A stretch of 20,000 nt of DNA, from the IMG/VR virus record IMGVR_UViG_3300044724_004089. The stretch is one strand, 5' to 3'. The position numbers and the translations under genes are program-made. This DNA comes from an uncultured virus (IMG/VR IMGVR_UViG_3300044724_004089). Taxonomy: Duplodnaviria; Heunggongvirae; Uroviricota; Caudoviricetes. Of the stretch, positions 1 through 8,679 are shown one piece after another; within the stretch, counting starts at the first letter, position 1, and each line of letters starts with the position of its first letter. Below the pieces are notes generated by a model, which did not search any database, had not been told where the DNA came from, and saw nothing but the letters and a program-made list of their open reading frames with translations.

Positions 1-873
1 GATAAATACGATAAAAATTTAGACAAAGCAAAAAATGATTATGATGATTCTGTTTGTTATGATAGAAGTTTAACAAATTGTTTAAAAACTAATAAAAAAA
101 TAAAAGCAGTATTAATAGCAACAAAACCAGAATCACATTTAGATATTGCAAAATTGTGTTTAAAATATAATAAACATATATGGATAGAGAAACCTGTCTG
201 TGCTACTTACAAAGAGGCACTTGCATTACAAGAATACCATAATAAGATAAACAGTAGATTAAGAGTGATGGTAGATCACACCTTTTTATTTCACCCTGCC
301 ATACATAAATTATCATCAATAGACATAGGCGAACCACTATATTATGATAGTCATAGAATCAGTTTAGGTCTATTTCAAAAAGATGTAGATGTTGTGAAAG
401 ATTTAGCAATTCACGATCTAGCAATTATTAAGTATCTGTATCCTATGATGAAATTAAAGAAGAAGACAATAGTAAAGCATAATCATATAAATGATATGAA
501 AAATCAAGCAATATTGTGTTTAGAGTTCGAGCAGAGTGGTATCGTAAAGAAAAAGTTTACTGCAACCATTAATTGCAATTGGGTCAGTCCTGTAAAGAAG
601 AGAGAAATAATCTTGACAGGTACTAAAAAATCTGTTATATATGATGACATTGACGTAAACAAAATAAAAGTTTATGACACTGGAGATATAGGTGAAGACT
701 ATAATATCAATCAATTGGGTGATATGATTAGTCCTAAAATAGATACAACAGAGGCACTTGCAAATGGTAGAGAAAACTTTTTAAGTGCTATTGATAACGA
801 ATGTAGACCTATGATGTCAGACTTAAACTTTTCAGTTGACTTGATGAGATGGATAGATGATACCATATTATGA
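1..873 (+). CDS. Gfo/Idh/MocA-family NAD-dependent oxidoreductase (sugar dehydrogenase), 5'-truncated by window edge
   Basis: Frame is open from base 1 (DKYDKN...AVLIATKPESHLDIAKLCLKYNKHIWIEKP). Family motifs IAT-P--H, EKP and DLAIHD are present. Confidence 0.88.
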   Translation, partial: DKYDKNLDKAKNDYDDSVCYDRSLTNCLKTNKKIKAVLIATKPESHLDIAKLCLKYNKHIWIEKPVCATYKEALALQEYHNKINSRLRVMVDHTFLFHPAIHKLSSIDIGEPLYYDSHRISLGLFQKDVDVVKDLAIHDLAIIKYLYPMMKLKKKTIVKHNHINDMKNQAILCLEFEQSGIVKKKFTATINCNWVSPVKKREIILTGTKKSVIYDDIDVNKIKVYDTGDIGEDYNINQLGDMISPKIDTTEALANGRENFLSAIDNECRPMMSDLNFSVDLMRWIDDTIL

Positions 874-1951
874 TATGAATGAAATTCATAAACCTCTAAA
901 AGAAGAGTTTATGAGAGAAGTTGAAGAGTTACTTCGCAGAGGTGATTTTGTTTTTGGAACAGACAAATTTGAAGAAGATTTTGCAGAGTTTACAGGTGCA
1001 AAGTATTGTGTTGGTGTTAACAGTGGTACATCAGCATTAATACTTGCTCAATTTGCCTGTGGTGTTCGACCAGGTGATAAAGTTACTACAGTTTCACATA
1101 CATTTACTGCTACAGTTACAAGCATAAAACATTTAGGTGCTACACACGAATTTGTAGACATAGATGAAAAGACATATTGTATGAATCCTGATTTATTAAA
1201 TGTTGACTATAACACAAAAGTAATATTACCTGTTCATATGTATGGTAATGCTTGTGATATGCCAAGTATATTAAATAAAAAATCTGCTAATACAACTGTC
1301 ATAGAAGACTGCTCACAAGCACACGGTACAAGAATAAATGGTCAGCACGTTGGTACTTTTGGTAAAGCAGGTACATTTAGTTTTTACCCGGGAAAGGGTA
1401 TTGGTGCTTTTGGTGATGCTGGTTGTATTATAACTGATGATGAGGGGTTAGCAAAAGAACTAAAGGAACAAAGAAGTTGGAAAGAAAATGATGTTGGTTT
1501 TAATTTTAGAATGGCAAATATAAATGCTAAATTTTTAAGTTTAAAATTAAAATATTATCCAGAGGTGTTAAGAGCAAAAAGAGAAATTGCAGAATACTAT
1601 AACAAACATTTAGATTATTGTTATGTAAACCCAGGTGTAGAACATAGTTATCATATTTATCCAATATTACATAGAGATAGAAACAACTTAATTAGAAGAT
1701 GTGGTGATGAATTACAACTTAAAAAACATTATGATAAACCTGTACATCATAATCCAGCATTTCACTTCACATCTAAAACTTGCACATACTGTAGTGCTGA
1801 AGAATTTACAGATTTTAATTTACCAATTACAGATCAGATATCTAACTCACAAGTAAGTGTGCCTATATATCCAGGTCTAAATAAAGAAGAAGTTGTTGAT
1901 ATTTTACAAAAACATTGGAGTGGTAATGGTTTATCTAGTTCCGTTTTATAA
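857..1951 (+). CDS. DegT/DnrJ/EryC1/StrS-family PLP-dependent sugar aminotransferase
   Basis: Motifs NSGTSAL, VILPVHMYG, IEDCSQAHG and FSFYPGK (PLP lysine), followed by GAFGDAG. Confidence 0.95.
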   Translation: MIPYYDMNEIHKPLKEEFMREVEELLRRGDFVFGTDKFEEDFAEFTGAKYCVGVNSGTSALILAQFACGVRPGDKVTTVSHTFTATVTSIKHLGATHEFVDIDEKTYCMNPDLLNVDYNTKVILPVHMYGNACDMPSILNKKSANTTVIEDCSQAHGTRINGQHVGTFGKAGTFSFYPGKGIGAFGDAGCIITDDEGLAKELKEQRSWKENDVGFNFRMANINAKFLSLKLKYYPEVLRAKREIAEYYNKHLDYCYVNPGVEHSYHIYPILHRDRNNLIRRCGDELQLKKHYDKPVHHNPAFHFTSKTCTYCSAEEFTDFNLPITDQISNSQVSVPIYPGLNKEEVVDILQKHWSGNGLSSSVL

Positions 1952-2741
1952 GAACGCATCATTTAAAATAAAAGAGGCACCAGAGGTAATTGATTTTGTC
2001 AAAAAGAAGAGATACGATTATCATAGATTTTTAAATTGTTTAAGTGAATCATTTTACAGATACAATCCAGATGGTAAATTAATATTGTCCACAGATAATC
2101 ACACAAATCCATCAGGTTATGAGGGTCATTATTATAGACAAGACACTGATGAAAAAACTATCATACAATCTAAAGTTTACAATGAAACGAAATTTATATG
2201 TGATGACAATGGGTATGATGAGAATATAATTATGTGTGGAACAGACCATCTTATCAATAGAAACTTAGATAAGTTGTTTTTAAATCAAGACTTTGATATT
2301 AAGATACCTATAAGAAAAGGTACACGAGTTAACAATGCTATGATAGTTGTAAAGAAAGTTACAGATAATGTTAAGAGATTTTTTGATTATCGTTATGAAA
2401 GATTTATACAGAAGAACAAAGACCCACATTGGGACTGGTATGGTGACCAAAGAACATATGATAATATTTTAAGAGAAGAATTACATCTATTACCTGTTCG
2501 TGACCCACCTCAAAAATTTGATTACAAATTAGGTTCATACATTGTTAGAGGTTGTAAAATAAAATTAATCGAATATGGTGGTAACGAATGCGGTAGTTTT
2601 GATATATGGCCACACCATAGAAGAGGGTTTGAAGATAATACTTACTTCTACGATTTTAAAGGTAAAAGAAAAGCATATTTTTTCACATCATACGAAAAGG
2701 AAAGGAGAAACTATGAACGAAAAAAAGAAAAAAATTTATGA
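1926..2741 (+). CDS. Putative nucleotide-diphospho-sugar transferase (GT-A-like)
   Basis: ATG 1926 with GGAG SD at 1917-1920. Has LSTD, a degenerate DxD (GTD), N-x-x-(hydrophobic), WYGDQ and a C-terminal xFKG motif. Sits in the sugar cluster. Confidence 0.55.
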   Translation: MVYLVPFYKNASFKIKEAPEVIDFVKKKRYDYHRFLNCLSESFYRYNPDGKLILSTDNHTNPSGYEGHYYRQDTDEKTIIQSKVYNETKFICDDNGYDENIIMCGTDHLINRNLDKLFLNQDFDIKIPIRKGTRVNNAMIVVKKVTDNVKRFFDYRYERFIQKNKDPHWDWYGDQRTYDNILREELHLLPVRDPPQKFDYKLGSYIVRGCKIKLIEYGGNECGSFDIWPHHRRGFEDNTYFYDFKGKRKAYFFTSYEKERRNYERKKEKNL

Positions 2742-2982
2742 AAGAAATCCTGATACAGGTGAAGTAAGAGAAAGAGAATTCAATGATTTTACTGGTGAAA
2801 CAATAAGAATTATACACGATAAAAAACCAGAAGATTATGGCACTGCTAAAATGATACCTGCATATAATCCAGATGCACCTTGGATTGATGAGAGAGTAAA
2901 TGAAAATCTTGATGGTGAACTATTGAATGAGGATAAAAATGATGAACAAGAAGATAGGCAATTATCTATTCCCTTCGAGTGA
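2713..2982 (+). CDS. Hypothetical acidic phage protein (IYERNPDTGEVRER)
   Basis: Strong AAGGAG SD directly before ATG 2713. The ORF-track start at 2575 would overlap the upstream gene by more than 160 nt. Confidence 0.7.
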   Translation: MNEKKKKIYERNPDTGEVREREFNDFTGETIRIIHDKKPEDYGTAKMIPAYNPDAPWIDERVNENLDGELLNEDKNDEQEDRQLSIPFE

Positions 2983-3580
2983 TACACATTTCGAAAGATG
3001 GATATTAGACGGAGAGTATCAGAAGAAACAAAGAGATGCTCTCTTTGAATATATGGAAGAACGTAGACCTATAGAATATATTTTAGATGTAGGTGCCCAC
3101 GTTGGTTTGTGGTCAAGACCTATGATGCATAGAGCAAATACAAAATATATTTGGGCATTTGAACCTAATCAATTAGTCAGAGAATGCTATGTTTTAAATA
3201 TGGGTGGTTTTGATAACTATTCAATATATCCATTTGCATTAGGTGATAAAAATAGAAAAGGTCATTTAAATGTAGAAACTGATAACTCTGGTAATACAAA
3301 CATACACCCTACAAAAAATGGTGATACTGAGATAAGAACATTAGATAGTTTTAACTTTGAGCATATTGATTATATTAAAGTTGATGTAGAGGGTTTCGAA
3401 TATAACTTTCTAAAAGGTGCAGTTGATACTTTAAATAGATGCAGACCATTTGTTCATCTAGAAATGAAATCAAAGAATATGAGAAACAGTAAAGAAGAAT
3501 TTACCAGATTTATGAAAAATATAGGATACAGTCAAGTGTTGAAAGTAGGAGCAGAGGTATTATATGATTATAACACATAA
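2927..3580 (+). CDS. FkbM-family SAM-dependent methyltransferase
   Basis: Motifs LDVGAHVG, AFEP, ALGD and IDYIKVDVEGFE. The true start may be one of the Met codons a few codons downstream. Confidence 0.93.
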   Translation: MRIKMMNKKIGNYLFPSSDTHFERWILDGEYQKKQRDALFEYMEERRPIEYILDVGAHVGLWSRPMMHRANTKYIWAFEPNQLVRECYVLNMGGFDNYSIYPFALGDKNRKGHLNVETDNSGNTNIHPTKNGDTEIRTLDSFNFEHIDYIKVDVEGFEYNFLKGAVDTLNRCRPFVHLEMKSKNMRNSKEEFTRFMKNIGYSQVLKVGAEVLYDYNT

Positions 3581-4385
3581 ACTTGCTTGGGATAAATGTT
3601 TATCACATAAGTTATTTCCACTTATAGAAAAAGGTTGGAAAGATACAGATAGACCTGTGCATTTCTTTTGGGGATTAGCAGGTAAAAATATTAAAGAAAT
3701 TGCAGAATGTGAAGAGAAAAAAGAAGAATGGTATTATATTGATATTGGTTATATTACAGATGATATAACTAGATACCCTACACCAGAGATCACAAAACCA
3801 GATACAACTTACTTTAGAATTGTTAAGGGTGGATTACATACAATAAGAGGTAAAGTTGGTGATGGTGCCAGACTAAAAAGATTACAAAGAGAGGGTTTAG
3901 ATGCTGAATTTAAAGGTTGGTATACAGGTGATACTAAACACGTTTTAATATGTCCATCATCACCCACTGTAACAAGACAATTAAATAATATGACACAAGA
4001 AGATTGGGTATTTGAAGTGAAACTAGAATTAGAAAAACATACAGATAGAGAGTTGATAGTTCGTAATAAACCAAGACCTGGTAATGAATGGTGGGGAACA
4101 AACATTAGAGATCAACTAAAAGATTGTCATTGTTTAGTTACTAATATGAGCATTGCATCAGTAGATGCTATATTAAATAGAGTTCCTGTGATTACAGATG
4201 GTAGAAATGTTGCGTGGGCAGTTGCATCAAGAGATCCAAAGTATGTAGAGAAACCATTTAAACCTGGTAAGAAAACGGTTTTAGAGTGGTTAAAATTTAT
4301 TACCGAGCAACAATTTACTATGGATGAGATAGAAAATGGTACCGCATACAAAATATTAAAAGAACAAGGTGTTGTAAATGAGTAA
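3564..4385 (+). CDS. Hypothetical protein, possibly glycosyltransferase / capsule-polysaccharide-modification-like
   Basis: 273 aa ORF with YIDIGY, VRNKP and C-terminal CLVTNMSIASVDAILNRVPV, resembling GT-B/KpsS-like C-termini. Supported by cluster context. Confidence 0.45.
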   Translation: MIITHKLAWDKCLSHKLFPLIEKGWKDTDRPVHFFWGLAGKNIKEIAECEEKKEEWYYIDIGYITDDITRYPTPEITKPDTTYFRIVKGGLHTIRGKVGDGARLKRLQREGLDAEFKGWYTGDTKHVLICPSSPTVTRQLNNMTQEDWVFEVKLELEKHTDRELIVRNKPRPGNEWWGTNIRDQLKDCHCLVTNMSIASVDAILNRVPVITDGRNVAWAVASRDPKYVEKPFKPGKKTVLEWLKFITEQQFTMDEIENGTAYKILKEQGVVNE

Positions 4386-4548
4386 TTATGATAAAACTGA
4401 ATATCAAATAACAGTTGCTAAAAATATGACAAGTGAGTTGCTAAACTTCTATGAAAAATACAAGAAAGATGAAAAAGAAAATATTATCTTAAAAGCAAAT
4501 TTAATAATAGATCAATTAGAAAGAGTGAAAAAAGATTTAAATGATTAA
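4378..4548 (+). CDS. Small hypothetical protein (56 aa, MSNYDKTEYQ...KKDLND), not in ORF track
   Basis: Translated by hand. Fills the gap exactly, overlapping both neighbours by 8 nt. Confidence 0.65.
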   Translation: MSNYDKTEYQITVAKNMTSELLNFYEKYKKDEKENIILKANLIIDQLERVKKDLND

Positions 4549-5233
4549 TTTTTGTTGTGTGTTATATGGTACAAAATATAGCACAGATTATGTACAAAAC
4601 TTATACAATATGGTCAAAAGACACCTGACTATAGAACATAAGTTTTATGTCTTTACTGATAATGTAAGAATGCAGAACATCATACAAGGTGATGTAATTG
4701 TGCAACAGTTTCCTCTACACGATATGCAAGGGTGGTGGAACAAAATGCAGTTATTTCACCCAGATAACGGTTTATCAGGTGTCAATCTTTATATGGATTT
4801 AGATGTCGTTATTCTTAAAAATATAGACTGTTTTGCTACTTTCTCATCAGATACAACATTTAGCATTACATCAGATTTCAATGGTAGAATGATATGGTAC
4901 AATTCGAGTATTATGAAGTGGCATAGTGAAACTATGAAACCAATACTTTGGGATGAATTTATCAAGCAAAGACAACACTGGTATCGTCTACAAGGTGATC
5001 AAAATGCTATTACAGAGTTATTAAGACAGAACAAAGACTTTCATAAGAACAATGTTAGAACATTTCCAGATGATTGGTCTAACTCTTATAAGTGGTTTGA
5101 TAGAGAAAACCCTAGATTTGGTAAAAATTTATGGACATTTGAGCAAAAATCAGACAGTAAAGTAGCAGTATTTCACGGTTTTCCTAAACCACATCAATCA
5201 GAAGAACAGTGGGTTATAGATAATTGGAAATAA
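4541..5233 (+). CDS. Glycosyltransferase (GT-A fold, GT8-like), type common in marine T4-like phages
   Basis: Motifs GTKYS--YV, WWNK, YMDLDVV (DxD), NSS, GDQ and VFHG-PKP. Confidence 0.8.
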   Translation: MINFCCVLYGTKYSTDYVQNLYNMVKRHLTIEHKFYVFTDNVRMQNIIQGDVIVQQFPLHDMQGWWNKMQLFHPDNGLSGVNLYMDLDVVILKNIDCFATFSSDTTFSITSDFNGRMIWYNSSIMKWHSETMKPILWDEFIKQRQHWYRLQGDQNAITELLRQNKDFHKNNVRTFPDDWSNSYKWFDRENPRFGKNLWTFEQKSDSKVAVFHGFPKPHQSEEQWVIDNWK

Positions 5234-5238
5234 AGTTC

Positions 5239-5284
5239 TTGACTTTTTTGACGGTCCTGCTATTATAATAGTATGAGTGATTCG
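5239..5284 (+). promoter_or_regulatory. Early sigma70-type promoter with downstream TGATTCG
   Basis: TTGACT (5239-44), 16 nt, TGn-TATTAT (5261-66), AATAGTAT, then TGATTCG at 5278-84. Homologous to the cassettes at 10144 and 10595. Confidence 0.85.
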
Positions 5285-5309
5285 TTAATAATAAAAGAAA
5301 GGACAAACT

Positions 5310-5588
5310 ATGACAACGTATAATAATGATGATATTTACCAAATCCTAAATGAAGAAATTGGGGTCGATCAAGATAAAATCAAGGTCAACGTTGATAAAA
5401 TTGACACACAAATGTCAATTCTAGTTGAAACACTGAAGAAAATGCAAGTTCAACTAAACATTCTTCAGAATGATAATAAGACACTAAAAGCAGAAAATAC
5501 TGCGATTATATCGAAGATAGATTCAGAAAATACTGCGATTATGTCGAAGTTAGATTCAATTGAGCAAGATATTCTATTAACCGGATAA
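5310..5588 (+). CDS. Hypothetical coiled-coil protein (early)
   Basis: AAAGGA SD. Heptad-rich sequence with an internal 11-aa duplication. Confidence 0.8.
   Translation: MTTYNNDDIYQILNEEIGVDQDKIKVNVDKIDTQMSILVETLKKMQVQLNILQNDNKTLKAENTAIISKIDSENTAIMSKLDSIEQDILLTG
5491..5558 (+). repeat. 33-bp in-frame tandem duplication
   Basis: cagaaaatactgcgattatatcgaagatagatt and cagaaaatactgcgattatgtcgaagttagatt, 2 mismatches. Confidence 0.95.
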
Positions 5589-5604
5589 TAAAAGGAGATA
5601 CACT

Positions 5605-5877
5605 ATGGATTATTCTAAACAATTTAATAAAAGAAAGATTGAGTTCTTTGCCTCACTAATAAAAAGCATTGACTATAAGTCTTTTAAAAGTCAAGAAGAC
5701 TATGAAAAGACTATAGAAGGAACGTATATGACTATGTTTAGACACAATACAAAGGGTCAATACGTTTATGAAAACCCTAACCCTAACGCACCTGAAGATG
5801 AGGTTTGGTTAGTAGGTGAAACCTATGATGATGACGATAGAAAAAAAGTTCTTGACATTATTCACAAAAGGGTGTAA
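5605..5877 (+). CDS. Hypothetical protein
   Basis: AAGGAG SD; 90 aa ORF. Confidence 0.8.
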   Translation: MDYSKQFNKRKIEFFASLIKSIDYKSFKSQEDYEKTIEGTYMTMFRHNTKGQYVYENPNPNAPEDEVWLVGETYDDDDRKKVLDIIHKRV

Positions 5878-5905
5878 TATAATAATATAAACAATAAATG
5901 ATTCG
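5852..5905 (+). promoter_or_regulatory. Early sigma70-type promoter with downstream TGATTCG
   Basis: TTGACA (5852-57), 17 nt, TAATAT (5875-80). Upstream A-tract. TGATTCG at 5899-5905 runs into the AAAGGA SD. Confidence 0.8.
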
Positions 5906-5917
5906 AAAGGACTAAAT

Positions 5918-6127
5918 ATGACACTAACAAATGAACAAATAATCGATTTAGAAAATAAAGCATTCTCTGTATATCAAGATTTACAGGCAACTCTAGCAGG
6001 ACAATCAATGTCTGATGTTGATACTCTAGAAGATAACTTCAACACTATTGCAGACGAACTTAATACTAGTTCAGAAGACCTGTGGGAAAAGATGGAATGC
6101 TTTTATGATCAATATATAAATAGATAG
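5918..6127 (+). CDS. Small acidic hypothetical protein (early)
   Basis: AAAGGA SD; 69 aa. Confidence 0.8.
   Translation: MTLTNEQIIDLENKAFSVYQDLQATLAGQSMSDVDTLEDNFNTIADELNTSSEDLWEKMECFYDQYINR
6115..6122 (+). promoter_or_regulatory. Possible T4-type late promoter TATAAATA
   Basis: Exact gp55 consensus, 12 nt before ATG 6135. Could be chance in AT-rich DNA. Confidence 0.4.
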
Positions 6128-6134
6128 GAATAAA

Positions 6135-6323
6135 ATGACATACAATGAATTAGTAACTATTTTTGACGAGAGTTTCAACTATGCTCTAAATTTTAAAAGT
6201 TGGAAACAAAAAGATTTTATAAAGTTTGTAAAAGACTTTATGAACAACAAGACAGAGTATTATAAAGATGAATTCTTTATGAATAATTATAATGACAAAG
6301 TGAAAAAATATTTAGGAGTATAA
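6135..6323 (+). CDS. Hypothetical protein
   Basis: AGGA SD; 62 aa. Confidence 0.7.
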   Translation: MTYNELVTIFDESFNYALNFKSWKQKDFIKFVKDFMNNKTEYYKDEFFMNNYNDKVKKYLGV

Positions 6324-6542
6324 ATGGGTATGATGGATGATGCCTGGCGTGAGAGTGTGAGGAGCAAGAAAGTGGATAAAGACGAAAAAATATTTGATGA
6401 TATATACCTAGCAGAAGTAAAAGGTAGAACAAGAACTTCTGATGGTGATTTTACTACAGTAGGTAATAAAGATATTGATGAGATAAAAGAAATTCTAAAA
6501 CATCTCATAGAAAAACTTGACAAGATTTCAGGAATGAGATAG
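6324..6542 (+). CDS. Hypothetical protein
   Basis: AGGAG SD; abuts the previous stop codon. Confidence 0.7.
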   Translation: MGMMDDAWRESVRSKKVDKDEKIFDDIYLAEVKGRTRTSDGDFTTVGNKDIDEIKEILKHLIEKLDKISGMR

Positions 6543-6545
6543 ACT
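6517..6545 (+). promoter_or_regulatory. sigma70-type promoter
   Basis: TTGACA (6517-22), 17 nt, TAGACT (6540-45). The next ATG at 6557 has no SD, so the mRNA is probably short-leader or near-leaderless. Confidence 0.65.
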
Positions 6546-6556
6546 ATAATTATATT

Positions 6557-6871
6557 ATGAAAAAATTGACCAAAAAACAAAAATTACAAAAAGCACAGAA
6601 TGAACATAGAAAGTTTTTATTATCTATGGGTTTGACTATTAACACTAGAAATAGAGTTATTATCAAACAAAGATTAGGCACACCGTTTCCTGACTTGTCT
6701 ACAAAAGAAGAGTACAAAACAAGCAACAATATATCAGGTATAGGTAGAAAAAAATGGTCACCTAGTAAACCTTATATTCCTGCAGGGAAAACAGTGGGTA
6801 TTGGTTATAACAAAGGTACATATCAATTAGTTGATGGTTCTGATATTAAAACAATGGGGAGGAAAGTATGA
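6557..6871 (+). CDS. Basic hypothetical protein with C-terminal YNKGxYQ motif seen in T4-like phages
   Basis: Lys/Arg-rich; ends TVGIGYNKGTYQLV...KTMGRKV. Confidence 0.75.
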   Translation: MKKLTKKQKLQKAQNEHRKFLLSMGLTINTRNRVIIKQRLGTPFPDLSTKEEYKTSNNISGIGRKKWSPSKPYIPAGKTVGIGYNKGTYQLVDGSDIKTMGRKV

Positions 6872-7080
6872 GTGATTTTAAGTTAACTGTATCTGATTTT
6901 GATGATTGCTCAACAATAATATGTTTGAGTGAAAGAGCAAAAGAATTTTGGAATAAACGAGAGTATTCTAAATATGTGATCGTAGGTAATTCTCAGAATA
7001 ACCTATATGTTATTAACAACTTTGATAAAAGGAAAATTTGTAATGAAATTCGTGAATCTAATATGGATTTTACTGATTAG
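6868..7080 (+). CDS. Hypothetical protein
   Basis: GGAGG SD; ATGA overlap with the upstream stop codon. Confidence 0.7.
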   Translation: MSDFKLTVSDFDDCSTIICLSERAKEFWNKREYSKYVIVGNSQNNLYVINNFDKRKICNEIRESNMDFTD

Positions 7081-7522
7081 TGTATTGCTAGTAAATTGTG
7101 CTAGTCGTTCACAGAAAGGTGCTATTATAGGTGGAGCATCAGGTACAGGTACTTGTGTATCTTTAGGTGTGCAGAACCCCTATCTAGCATCTGTATGTGG
7201 TTTGATAGGTGCATTTGCTGGTGCTGAACTAATGTATAATGATGATTATGATGTACACAATGCTACATTTGTAGATCATTTAAATAATGGTCCTCAAGGG
7301 GCATCATACACAAATTGGTATAATCCAAATACAAAAAACAGTGGTATTATTCATACTACTAGGTCTTATATGAAAGGACCAATTAAGTGTAAAGATTACA
7401 GTGCAACAGTTGATGTAACTAATCAATGGCCTGTATTAGGTTATGGTACTGCACCTACAAGAGAAGTAGTACACGGAATTGCGTGTCAATTACCAGATGG
7501 GAGGTGGTTTGAATATGAATAG
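7043..7522 (+). CDS. Lipoprotein, Rickettsia 17-kDa surface antigen / glycine-zipper-like
   Basis: AAGGA SD before ATG 7043. Signal peptide with lipobox LVNC, glycine zipper GAIIGGASG...GLIGAFAG, W-NP-T-NSG, C--Y, and GIACQLPDGRW. Confidence 0.82.
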   Translation: MKFVNLIWILLISVLLVNCASRSQKGAIIGGASGTGTCVSLGVQNPYLASVCGLIGAFAGAELMYNDDYDVHNATFVDHLNNGPQGASYTNWYNPNTKNSGIIHTTRSYMKGPIKCKDYSATVDVTNQWPVLGYGTAPTREVVHGIACQLPDGRWFEYE

Positions 7523-7895
7523 TTTATTAAAAATAATGCTGATAGCATTTTTTATATTGTTATGTGTTATAGCAATAGTGAGAGATAGTGATGCTGGAGA
7601 TGATGTATTGTATAGTGAAATTGTGCCTTCACCAAGAAACGTTGATGGTCAACACTGTTTAATAAAACAAATTATTAAAAAGAGTGGTGACACCATAATC
7701 AAAGAAGAAATTATGGAATGTAGTGATGGTAGAAAAAGAATGGACGGTCCTAGTTATTGGGGATTGTTTGCTGAATTTTACTATAGAGATGTATCTGCAC
7801 CTGAATATTGTAGATATTATAGTAGAGATCGTCACGCATTTAAGTCGCACGGCAAAACTTGTTTAAAAACTAACGGAAGGTGGGAAATCAAATGA
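7515..7895 (+). CDS. Exported/membrane-anchored Cys-containing hypothetical protein
   Basis: GGAGG SD, hydrophobic N-terminus. C-terminal CRYY...GKTCLKTNGRWE resembles the end of the upstream lipoprotein. Confidence 0.7.
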   Translation: MNSLLKIMLIAFFILLCVIAIVRDSDAGDDVLYSEIVPSPRNVDGQHCLIKQIIKKSGDTIIKEEIMECSDGRKRMDGPSYWGLFAEFYYRDVSAPEYCRYYSRDRHAFKSHGKTCLKTNGRWEIK

Positions 7896-8059
7896 TAAAG
7901 AACTTGATTATAATAGGTCTTATAACTTGGTTGATTTATGTTATAGGATACAAACAATTTTTCAATGGTATACGAACTACGGTTGACAAAGTTGAAGAAT
8001 TGGTAGATAATAAAGACAAATTAATTGATAATTTAGATATTGAAAGTGAGGAAGAATAA
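7892..8059 (+). CDS. Small membrane protein (55 aa, MIKNLIIIGLITWLIYVIGY...), not in ORF track
   Basis: Translated by hand. ATGA overlap upstream and TAATG overlap downstream. N-terminal TM helix. Confidence 0.7.
   Translation: MIKNLIIIGLITWLIYVIGYKQFFNGIRTTVDKVEELVDNKDKLIDNLDIESEEE
7983..8011 (+). promoter_or_regulatory. Possible sigma70-type promoter
   Basis: TTGACA (7983-88), 17 nt, GATAAT (8006-11), upstream of the lipoprotein gene at 8059. Confidence 0.35.
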
Positions 8060-8679
8060 TGAAATATATTATGTTAATAGTGATAGTTAGTTTACTTGGT
8101 GCTTGTTCTAGTATGGGTAACTACAAAATAAAAAGTGAGAGTGGTGATGTTGTCAATACAGTACCAAAGTGGTATATGGCAGACATTAAAGAGTCAAGGG
8201 CGTGTGATACTTCTATGTTCACAAAGAAAGACGATAATAAAGTATGTATCTATGGTATGGGTACTGCCGTTTCACCTAGTTTAGATTTAGCAGTAGAAAA
8301 AGCAAAACTAAAAGCAAAAGCAGAACTTGCCGATTTAGTTAAAGGTGAAATGAATAAGCAGTCAAAAGCATATGCGAAAGAAGTTGGTCAGAGTGCTAAT
8401 AATAAACAAGTAGCAAATGATTTTGAAACAGTAACAGTCAATGAAATCAAAGCAACTGTTGTAAAAGGTTATGAAGTCTTTGAGCAAGATGTTACATTGA
8501 CACAAAACGGAAACTATAGGGCGTGGGTTGGTTTGAGATTACCTCTTGGTGAGTTTAATAAATTGCATAATTATAATGCAGATGAGATTTTAAATTCATA
8601 CAAAATAGAAGATAAGTCACAAGAGGCATACTCGAACCTTATGAAAGAAGGTTCAAATGAAAATAGAAATATTCAGTAA
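8059..8679 (+). CDS. LPP20-like lipoprotein
   Basis: Lipobox LGAC, VPKWY, G-G-A-S--LDLA-EKA---AKAELA and Y-AWV, typical of LPP20-type domains. Confidence 0.75.
   Translation: MKYIMLIVIVSLLGACSSMGNYKIKSESGDVVNTVPKWYMADIKESRACDTSMFTKKDDNKVCIYGMGTAVSPSLDLAVEKAKLKAKAELADLVKGEMNKQSKAYAKEVGQSANNKQVANDFETVTVNEIKATVVKGYEVFEQDVTLTQNGNYRAWVGLRLPLGEFNKLHNYNADEILNSYKIEDKSQEAYSNLMKEGSNENRNIQ

Noticed and set aside
6502..6540. 7-bp inverted repeat atctcat...atgagat flanking the -35 box at 6517
   Set aside because: Short, AT-rich, with a 25-nt gap, and not repeated at other promoters. Compatible with chance.
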